A DNA stretch of 63,486 nt, counting the filler, from Perkinsus olseni (Eukaryota): assembly GCA_013115125.1 (NCBI GenBank). It is 21 parts of 21 records of this genome, joined end to end, with 100 filler letters (N's around TTAATTAATTAA, not from the genome) between each part and the next. Parts side by side here need not be neighbours in the genome. Positions count along the whole stretch, not along the records: positions 12,294 to 15,262 come from JABANN010001468.1; positions 15,363 to 18,331 come from JABANN010001469.1; positions 18,432 to 21,385 come from JABANN010001471.1; 18 more parts are not named here. The stretch is one strand, 5' to 3'. Both the position numbers and the translations under genes were made by a program. This document shows, piece after piece, positions 12,474 through 21,485 of this stretch. How positions within the stretch are numbered: position 1 is the stretch's first letter; each line of letters begins with the position of its first letter. The notes beneath the pieces were generated by a model. That model did no database searches, was not told where the DNA came from, and saw only the letters and a list, made by a program, of their open reading frames with translations.

Positions 12474-13128
12474 GTCATTCGAGTGGACTGGGATAGCGGG
12501 GTATCGGCCGGCAGGCAGTTTGGTCGAGGTCAGACCGGCGACCAATGGAGGGATGACTTCCGTGATGACTTCGATCCATCTAGAGGTAGTAACGGCAGTG
12601 CCCGCCACGGTCTCACAGTGGCGGTGTCAGGTGGACAGGGCAGAGGTCTGTTGAAGGCCCTCGAGAGTGGGGATGGCAATCAGCTGTTTGTCGGCAAGAG
12701 GGACAGGGAGACCCGGTACGACACTGGCTATCCCACAGCTTCATTGAACGACTGCGCTCCTCGTTCGCCTACCACGGGGATCTCGTGGTGGTGCTTGGCC
12801 CGCTGTCAGGGATGTGTGTTTTGACGTGGAATGCCGCAGACCGACAAGTCGCCTTTACGTTATTGTTTCGTACGAGACTGTTGTGATGATCAGGTCCAAC
12901 GACTTTTACTATGGTCAGCGTAAGGGCGGTGGATTCCGTCGGGCATCCTACGGTGGCGCTTATTATGGCAATAGGAGCGGTGGAAAGGGTAGTAGCAGTG
13001 GTGGTGGACGGGTAGTGTATAGTGGTGTTGGCGTAGGTGGTGGGTATCCTCCGTACCAGCAGGGACGGCAGTACCAATCGGAGGGAGGGCAGAGTGATGA
13101 GAGGCCCTATAAAAGGGCACGATACTAG
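12474..13128 (+). CDS. NCBP2: Nuclear cap-binding protein subunit 2 (CBP20), 3' exons, with a Gly/Tyr/Arg-rich tail
   Basis: Exon VIRVDWDSGVSAGRQFGRGQTGDQWRDDFRDDFDPSRG matches the CBP20 signature [38 protein letters not shown]. The last exon ending RPYKRARY is joined by inference. Confidence 0.8.
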
Positions 13129-13244
13129 AAAGGACAACAGTAACACTTTTGCCTTCACGGTGGCGGGTCTAGTTGGACTGGGAATCTCGAACGGTCCCGA
13201 TGTAGCGGCTTTTGGCGCTGCGGGCTTATCAGTTTTCGTCTTCC

Positions 13245-14657
13245 ATGGTCTTGTCGCTGCAATGCTCTCTACTGTCCCTAACGCTACTCACATCGACCTC
13301 AATGGCAGCGATGTGTGCTCGGCCATGGGCGGTGGATGATGTAGTAGTGGGCCTCCGGTCCAGGATACTACTGCCCTTATCCGCATTAAAGGCAGCTGAT
13401 AAGGAGGGCATCTGTACCTCAGTCCAGAGCGGCCCGAGATGTGTTGGGCTGAGCATTGGTAATGGCGAGGGCCCTCCCGCGGCCGTTGGTGGTCTTCTGC
13501 AGAGGAGTGCGCTAGAGGAGGCTGGACTGGGTGTAGAATCCACCCTTCGTTCGCTGGCAACGCATCTGTCCTCTATGTTACAGCTGTTTGATTTCAACGA
13601 GGTCATAAGCCGACGCAGCAGTGAGTCGTTCCGGAGGGGTCGGTGGGCGCCCGGGAACGAGGAGATCGTTGGAGGGGTAGGTTTCAGACGGACTTCGAAT
13701 AGGGTGTCGTTCGATGCTAACCTCACTATTACGGGCTTGCGGATTAACGGCAATGGTCGTCTGCTCGTACGGGCGTACAGCGGCAAAGACATCTTGTGGT
13801 CGGCAGGGCGGCTGGGGGGCTCGGCGAAAGATTTGATGGTGGATGCTGCCTCCCTGGCGAGCCCTCTTGCCGGGGCTGCAGACGTCCATGCTGTTGATAA
13901 GTTGGAGTTCTTTGGTGGTGGAACGGATGATGTACTGGAGATGAGCGCAGTCACAAGAGGTCCGGGGTTCGATCCCCACGGGTTGCATAATTTATTCATC
14001 GTACTGGACCCGTGGAATGAGCGGTCAGCCCTATGGAGAGGTCGACTAGCGAGCACAGCTCCCTATGTTGACTATAACACCGTCCTCACGGAGGGCCTTC
14101 AGTGGGCTACTACTGAGAGGCCGCAGGGACGTGACGTCCGAACCAGCCGTCTTCTATTCTCGGCCTCCCTCCTCGCCAGGGTGATGGCGCGTTGCAGCCG
14201 CACAGTGCTTGAAAGCAATACCACACTGGAAGGCTGGTGGGAGGGGCTGGTCCAATGGGTAGGGGAAGTATCGATGGCGTCGTGGTCTCGCAAGTACCAT
14301 AAGTCCTTTGATGCTGCTGTGGATACGGCAGTGAGCTCCTATACAGGCCCAGGCGCTGACTTTGTCATAGACCACCTGGTGGGGTTCGACATGGAGGACT
14401 CAGCTGAGTGTGAGGGAAGGGTCGGCCGGGCGCTGGTGGAAAAGGCGAGGAGGTTGTTGTGGCGGTTGAGGGACGACTTCGAGGGCTTGGGAGGGTTGGA
14501 AGAGCCTTTGAGTGTTCACTGGAGTCGGGAGACCATCGGCGGCAAGGAGCCTGGCTCGGGTCGGGGGGCTGTGCAGTATTCTGAGGGAGATGTTGTTGCC
14601 TGGGTAAATGAGCTCATAGCGCAGGTCTTGTCGCCTGAGGGGCAGGGGCCGGTCTGA
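13245..14657 (+). CDS. Hypothetical secreted protein, intronless, about 470 aa
   Basis: Long uninterrupted ORF. ATG at 13245 gives a signal-like MVLSLQCSLLSLTLLTSTSMA. No family recognised. Confidence 0.7.
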   Translation: MVLSLQCSLLSLTLLTSTSMAAMCARPWAVDDVVVGLRSRILLPLSALKAADKEGICTSVQSGPRCVGLSIGNGEGPPAAVGGLLQRSALEEAGLGVESTLRSLATHLSSMLQLFDFNEVISRRSSESFRRGRWAPGNEEIVGGVGFRRTSNRVSFDANLTITGLRINGNGRLLVRAYSGKDILWSAGRLGGSAKDLMVDAASLASPLAGAADVHAVDKLEFFGGGTDDVLEMSAVTRGPGFDPHGLHNLFIVLDPWNERSALWRGRLASTAPYVDYNTVLTEGLQWATTERPQGRDVRTSRLLFSASLLARVMARCSRTVLESNTTLEGWWEGLVQWVGEVSMASWSRKYHKSFDAAVDTAVSSYTGPGADFVIDHLVGFDMEDSAECEGRVGRALVEKARRLLWRLRDDFEGLGGLEEPLSVHWSRETIGGKEPGSGRGAVQYSEGDVVAWVNELIAQVLSPEGQGPV

Positions 14658-15733
14658 GATTGGTATTTCGTGGCGCGTGACGGTCGTCCGTTGCCACGTG
14701 CTGTACTATTGATTCTATCCCTATGCTGCTTCTTGCAGCAGTTTTACGTCATTTGTTCGAGCGCCCCCTTGCGAGCATAGTGGGGTTGAGTTCCTCTTCG
14801 GTCACCCTTCACACTGTTCCTGCTCAGGTGGTTTTTATATTCCCTTCATGCGTTCCGGTGTCGCCTGTATGATCTTCGGGACGTCCCGAGCGGCCCTTGG
14901 GGCACCAGAACTCGGACTTCGTCCGTCGAATGAAGCTGGCATAGATATTTCGCGCCCTTACCTGCCCAGACTCTCGATGTGGGGGTAAAACTAGAGTTTG
15001 TCTTCAACGATACTTCAAGGTATGTCTTCAATACCTGGATTATTGGATTGCATTACTGATGAGGCCCCCTCAGTCGCAATAGATTTCGGCTGACTGCACT
15101 CCACTCACTAGAGTGTGGTAAGCCGCAAATTGTGGTTCTGGGAGAGTAAGCTCTCTGCTTAAGCTCCCCGAGCCACAAAGCCACATGTATCCCTCGTGGC
15201 TAGTACAGTTCCGACCAGTGATCGGTCGTACAGTGACAGTTCGTACAGTTCCCAGTGATACANNNNNNNNNNNNNNNNNNNNNNNNNNNNNNNNNNNNNN
15301 NNNNNNTTAATTAATTAANNNNNNNNNNNNNNNNNNNNNNNNNNNNNNNNNNNNNNNNNNNNGCGGCCACGGGCTTAAAAGGCACGCGCTCTGCCGACTG
15401 AGCTACCGAGGCACATGCTACCGATGACACATGGGCCAAGAGGCTCCCAGGTAGCTAACCCACTACGCTAGAACAAAGTCGAGTAAGGAACGCACCTCGG
15501 GCGGGGCTCGAACCCGCGGCCGCGGGCTTAAAAGGCACGCGCTCGGNNNNNNNNNNNNNNNNNNNNNNNNNNNNNNNNNNNNNNNNNNNNNNNNNNNNNN
15601 NNNNNNNNNNNNNNNNNNNNNNNNNNNNNNNNNNNNNNNNNNCCTACCGAGGCACATGCTACCGATGGCACATGGGCCAAGAGGCTCCCAGGTAGCTAAC
15701 CCACTACGCTAGAACAAAGTCGAGTAAGGAACG

Positions 15734-15806
15734 CACCTCGGGCGGGGCTCGAACCCGCGGCCGCGGGCTTAAAAGGCACGCGCTCTGCCGACTGAGCTAC
15801 CGAGGC
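15734..15806 (-). tRNA. tRNA-Lys(UUU)
   Basis: GCCTCGG TA GCTC AGTCGGCA GAGC G CGTGC CT-TTT-AA GCCCG CGGCC GCGGG TTCGAGC CCCGC CCGAGGT G. Cloverleaf with G73 and one mismatch in the anticodon stem. Confidence 0.88.
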
Positions 15807-15886
15807 ACATGCTACCGATGGCACATGGGCCAAGAGGCTCCCAGGTAGCTAACCCACTACTCTAAAACAAGGTCGAGTAAGGTACG

Positions 15887-15959
15887 CACCTCGGGCGGGG
15901 CTCGAACCCGCGGCTACGAGTCCCTCAAATACGCGCTATGCTGATTAAGCTATCGATGC
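15887..15959 (-). pseudogene. Degenerate tRNA copy at the array edge
   Basis: T-arm and 3' acceptor strand are identical to the Lys gene. The 5' acceptor strand, D-arm and anticodon arm are disrupted. Confidence 0.75.
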
Positions 15960-16008
15960 AAACAGTTTAACGTCGGAGTGATTGAGACGCCCCAAACTAG
16001 CTAGTCCC

Positions 16009-16290
16009 TCAACGAGGATTCGCTGCCGCACCACGTGTTGACCTAGACAAGAAACCTACGTATTCGCAGACCATATCTTGACGACTGGACCAGTATATGT
16101 CGTCCATGTGATCCGTGCACCACTCAAGAAGACTTTGTAGGGACGTATGAGGATCATTCAGGTGATACTCGGCCAGTCGGATAGCGGCATCCCAAAAGTC
16201 ACGCAGAGCATTAGGCCACGCGGCCATAAGGCCAAGGACAAGAAAAACGAGGCTATCAGCGAGCATTCTCCAACGTAACCCCACTTCCAC
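16009..16290 (-). CDS. Exon of an orphan membrane-anchored protein, paralogous to 17779-18165
   Basis: Hydrophobic helix, then WDAAIRLA..DPH..YWSSRQ..EY, followed by a GTAGGTT donor. Confidence 0.45.
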   Translation of the reverse strand: MEVGLRWRMLADSLVFLVLGLMAAWPNALRDFWDAAIRLAEYHLNDPHTSLQSLLEWCTDHMDDIYWSSRQDMVCEYVGFLSRSTRGAAANPR

Positions 16291-17778
16291 TTCCTTCTAT
16301 CACTATACACCTTCGACCTTCAACGACGCGAATACGTCGGACGATCTTCCTGAACCGACTATTTTGCATATCTCAAACTCAAAGCAGCTCGTCCGACCAA
16401 ATGCTTATAACGTACGAAGGTGCAAGCTCCTCGGCCATAGGCATGAGAGGCCAGAGTCGTGCAAAGGACAAGGTATCAGCATCAGTGATGACGCCGCTCC
16501 TTACACATACGTTTATGTCGTTCTCGCAAATGCTCCTTTGTACGGTGCGGTGCGAACCTACGACCAGCCCACGGCAATCACGCCAGCACAATAAACTCAG
16601 TTTTTCCAAGCTTACCACAGGTCACGATCTGCAAGCATCAACTGCCACCTGTTCCATTTCCCTTCATACTTCTCTAAGCCTCGCTCCAGAGACTCTTGCT
16701 CTCGCTCCTAGTAGCAGCTACCAGTTCAGTCCCGTGGCGGGATTGCTGATACTCAGCTTACCGTCCATTTGCCGCCGCCGCGTCGAGGTCGCGGACTTAC
16801 CATCCATACGGGCATCCTTCTTCGCTCCACAGGTGGGGTACCTGGCTCCCTTGATCGGGCCTGAGGAGGTCGAGTTGGGCCATCGGGCAATCACCGGCGC
16901 GTACACTATCAGCCCTCTCTCCTGCGTCACGCCTGGGCGAACCTGCCACCCAAGCATATCGAAGAACCGGCATCGCTAAAGACATCGACATCGCGTTGCC
17001 ACCGAGCGAGAAATTCTCGCCGAGAATGTGACTACAAGTTGATAGAACACGTTTCTTCATCGGAAATACGGCTGCACATCATGAGCGTAGCGTCGATGGC
17101 ACATAGTCCCCACAGGCAATTCCCTTTTACCATTAACCTTAAATACTGCCCTCACGCACCTGGAGTGTTTTCAGGTACTCCACGTCCCGTGGGCTCCCTA
17201 TTCGTCTCCCTACAATGTGTTGGCCTATCGCTGTCCTCTGTCTCCTCAGCCGTTTCTTCCTCCTCCTCGTCCTCATCATCATCACTATCGAAGGAGGCGG
17301 AGACCTTTCGACCAGTGCTAGGCCCATGAACCAAGGGGTGCCTCCGATGTCCACTAGTAGAATGGTCTAGCACCACGACACGCAGGGCCTCGCTACTTCT
17401 GATGCGTCCCTGATGGCTGACTAGGCTCTGCCTCCCGCTCCGCGCGGGCCGCTGCTCGTTTTCTCCTCTTCCTTTCAGCTCTCTGGTCTTCCCTGACGAT
17501 CATTATCCAAAAGTGCAACCACGTGCGCAGTTCACCTGATTCCAGAGTTGACTAGGGCGAGGTCGTGGAGGAAGTCCTCCAGCAGCTGCTCTCGCGGTCG
17601 CTGATCATCACCACCATCATACCGACTATCCATGACACTGAAGCCCTGGGATATCTGAAAGGGTATGCTACGATAAATCCTAACAACCCCTTTCCAGACC
17701 TAGGCTCAACACGGCATAACAACACCTGGGGACTATCACACTAATAAGCAGTGCGATCAGCACCCGGCATAGTAAATC

Positions 17779-18165
17779 CTACCATCGAGAGATCGTAATA
17801 CGACCGGGAGGAATAGGGCAGGGACGGGGCCAGGCAGAGGGCCGGTAGCGCAGCAACGGAGTGTCTTGGCAAGACGGCATAAATTCGCAAGCGGCCAACA
17901 CCCCCCAAGAACCTACGTATTCAAATACCCGACTTTGCCGAGTTGACCAGTATCCTTCCACTAGGTGGTCCGCAAAAGACTTGTAGACCTCGAGTAGGAA
18001 CGCATGTGGATCATCAACGTACGTGGTCGCCACGCGTATAAGGGCATCCCAGGCGTCGTCAATCGCAGGCGGGCACTCGTGCATGCAGCTCATGATGATG
18101 ACAAATAAGACGACAACGCCTAGCTTGTTATAGCGAACACCCCACTCCCGTTTCACCACTCCCAA
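17779..18165 (-). CDS. Exon of an orphan membrane-anchored protein, paralogous to 16009-16290
   Basis: Hydrophobic helix, then WDALIRVA..DPH..YWSTRQ..EY, followed by the same GTAGGTT donor. Confidence 0.45.
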   Translation of the reverse strand: MGVVKREWGVRYNKLGVVVLFVIIMSCMHECPPAIDDAWDALIRVATTYVDDPHAFLLEVYKSFADHLVEGYWSTRQSRVFEYVGSWGVLAACEFMPSCQDTPLLRYRPSAWPRPCPIPPGRITISRW

Positions 18166-18431
18166 GTTGGGAGTCCCAACGAGGAACAGATCATCATAAC
18201 CGGAAATTCGATCCTTGGGAGTAAATATGAAACTACGAATACGCGGATGTTATGGAATGATGCTGAAGTGCGCAAGATCTGATGATAGCTGTTGTCTTCC
18301 TATCGATCGCACGATCTGTTTACCCCGCCCTNNNNNNNNNNNNNNNNNNNNNNNNNNNNNNNNNNNNNNNNNNNNTTAATTAATTAANNNNNNNNNNNNN
18401 NNNNNNNNNNNNNNNNNNNNNNNNNNNNNNN

Positions 18432-20446
18432 CTTGGGTGATCTACCTTATCCTTCCGTAGCAGCAGGCTACACTGAACTTAACCTTACCCTCAACCCTGT
18501 GCCTTCCGCCGCACAGTATAAGCCTAAAACCTATCTTGTAGAAACCCTGCCGGCTCATGGCGTTGCTAGGCGCTTCCTTGCTGATGGATTCAGTGACGGG
18601 GCATGGACTGTTGCACTGCGAGTGAACTATGGATCTACGCCCGCAGTGGCGACACTGTCCGGTCTCACGCCATCATCCTCGGTCGTCGTGAGATACAGGA
18701 TCGAGATGGACGATAGCCGTGTAAGTACTCCGTCCATCGCCATCTTGGCCACGACATTGTCCCCGACAGCCCCGTCAGCTCCCGGTGAGTGGTGTCTTGT
18801 ACGCAGGCAAGCTATGGAGAATCCTGCTTTCAGGTCTGTCAGCGTTCAACACTTCAACCTCATCAGTTTCGGTGCTCCTCGTTCCACCCAGGTTCGCCCA
18901 TGGGTCCGTCGTCACCAGTTATGAGTTGAAATACGCAGTAAGAAGCCATTGCGTTTGATTATTTTCGAAGTCACGTTATTGCATCATTCAGCCCTCGACC
19001 GGGCAAACCCCGCCCACTAGGTGGACGTCGAAGACCATTCAAGCCGGTGATATTTCTAAGGTATCGTGCTGCATGCCGCTTAGCATGACTGACAGTAATT
19101 CACTCAGCCGTTCACCGTGTCTGGCCTATCGACCGAGCAGACCATCATCTTCACTGCCACCGCAGTGAATGGCATAGGTTCGAGTCCTGCATCTTCCCCT
19201 TACTCCATGAAGAGTGATGCCAACGGAGCAACTGCCCCGGGAAAAGTGAGCGTCATTCCGCGATCGATTTCTCGTGTTGGTGTGCTCGAGTCACTCGGTT
19301 ATCTCCTCCGCAGGTTGGAACAGTCAGCGCTAGTAACATCACGTCGGACTCTGTCCTTCTGAAATGGCCAAGCACCGAAGACCACGGGGCGATGATTCTC
19401 CGTTATGTCATTTCTATCAACGACACGCGAACCGTCGAGGCGGACGGACACAACACGAATGTCACCGTCACAGGATTGACGAGGGGCACCTACTACAAGT
19501 TCACTATCCGAGCTGTCAATTCTCGTGGCCAAGGGGAGGCCTCCGACCCCATAAGTGTGAAGACGCTGGATCTTTGCAATGCGGATCCTCCCAGTCGACC
19601 CACTGCCCAGGCAGTGTTCGCCGACGGTATCAGCATCAGGTGGTACCCCCCTACAAACCCGAGTTGTACCTTGGGCATCACTGGTTATCGTGTCGTCTGG
19701 GCCGATGGGACGGGCGTGGCGTGCACGCCCTCATCCGGGCTCGATTTTTGCGACATTACGGGTTTGTCCNNNNNNNNNNNNNNNNNNNNNNNNNNNNNNN
19801 NNNNNNNNNNNNNNNNNNNNNNNNNNNNNNNNNNNNNNNNNNNNNNNNNNNNNNNNNNNNNNNNNNTGTCTGGGCCGATGGGACGGGCGTGGCGTGCACG
19901 CCCTCATCCGGGCTCGATTTTTGCGACATTACGGGTTTGTCCAACAAGAAGACTTACTCGGTGAAGGTGCAAGCAGAGAATGCTGCTGGGTGGTCTAGTA
20001 GTATGACCAAAACGATAACTGCGACTACCTTGGACAAGGCGCCAAGTGGCGTGGGGTGCAACACGAGAGACCAAGTGCGCTGGTGGATGTCCGTTCAAAA
20101 CAACGATGGCCAATCTCTGTACTATGACGGCCAAAAGTTCACGCAGGAGATGATTCATTGTGCAGTGAGCACGCTAGGAAGTGTTGATGGTCAGGCGAAA
20201 TGTCTCACTGAGTATACTGAGGACCCTTCTCGGACCCCCTTCCACCTCAAGCCCATCAGTGCTGACTGTGCTCATCTCATGGGTGTCTTGGGAGGTTGCG
20301 GTAAGGATAAATGTTTCCAACAGTGTTTTGCTAACCCCGCTGCGGCGGCTTGCTTGGACTGCAACTCACGCAACTGCAACGGTGCGTTCTACAAAGCTGC
20401 TGGTCTCAACCGTGCGATCGCACCCGAGTTCCCCAAGTCGCGATGA
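18432..20446 (+). CDS. Multi-exon fibronectin type III repeat protein with a C-terminal Cys-rich domain, 5' truncated
   Basis: FN3 signatures VTGLTRGTYYKFTIRAVNSRGQG, LSNKKTYSVKVQAENAAGWS and FTATAVNGIGSS. C-terminal CGKDKCFQQCFANPAAAACLDCNSRNC. Confidence 0.85.
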
Positions 20447-21485
20447 GAGCAACGAGGAGAGTTGCTCTTTCAGCCGCGTCTGGCACTGATGTCGGCATGT
20501 TATGTATTTCTGGTATAAGCTTTCTTGGAACATACCCTGTTCACACGCTGAAATATTCATTTTGCTTCGAAAAGTTAATTTTCATGGGTGGTCACCATTA
20601 TCATTGCCTTTTAGTAAGGTTTCAGATTTCTAGGCTTTTGGTTTATCTCTAGTAAGCTATTGATGTCATCGTTTCTCGACCGACTAAGGGGTGCGCCGCA
20701 GACGATAGGAGATGTCCAGCTATCCGCGTGAATCATCCAACTATCTGTTAAGAACTCGTGGAACGGTGATTCGGGCGTGCAAACATGGGGGTGTCCGAAA
20801 CATGTCGAGCCAGTTTTGTGCGCCCACTCGGCCCTGAAGTTGTGGTGCACCTGAAGTCGTTGCGTGATGTCGGGAAGCTGTAACACTGCCCAGAATTTCA
20901 AGGCTGCAGGTGAGGAGTAAAGGCATCCCGTGCAGGCGTTGCAACGGGTATGTGAGTACGCTTCCAGGTGGTGGTGGTAAATTGTATAGGTTATTGAGAT
21001 GGCCAGGAATCGTGTTGCATAGTTGTTGTCCCAACACGCAACAGATGCGACGGAAAGTCGGTGGAAATGCGTTGCTTGAAATCGATTGATTAACTCATGC
21101 ATTCATGAGATCAGTCATCATCATCGGCGGTTGAACTTCGGGAACGCTAATTTGGATGAAGTAGACCCGGCCGAGCCTGACACCGAACTTCCTGCACGCT
21201 GCTAGCCGCCGGCTGTGCAACTCACTGTGAGCTGAAGAAGAATGGTGTTTTGAAGCCGCTTTACGGCTCGGTAGGGCGAACTTGGACCCGACACTCGATA
21301 CCGAGGGAGCCAAGAAACTCTGGCTGCCATGGAAAGAAGGCATCTGAGAGCGGCACAGGTTGGGCGAGCCCCGAGACACACCACANNNNNNNNNNNNNNN
21401 NNNNNNNNNNNNNNNNNNNNNNNNNNNNNTTAATTAATTAANNNNNNNNNNNNNNNNNNNNNNNNNNNNNNNNNNNNNNNNNNNN

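Larger units (their letters stand above)
15363..15959 (-). repeat. Tandem array of 153-bp tRNA-Lys(UUU)+spacer units (partial copies 15363-15412 and 15493-15546, full copy 15734-15806, degenerate copy 15887-15959)
   Basis: The spacer ACATGCTACCGATG..CAAGAGGCTCCCAGGTAGCTAACCCACTAC.. is repeated. The array runs into gaps and is probably collapsed. Confidence 0.9.

Noticed and set aside
13229-14056. 275-aa antisense ORF, and similar shadow ORFs over the subtilisin, hAT and pol genes
   Set aside because: They overlap better-supported genes and have no motifs.
19695-19942. Tandem duplication inside the FN3 gene
   Set aside because: An identical ~75 bp flanks an N gap; this is an unmerged scaffold overlap.
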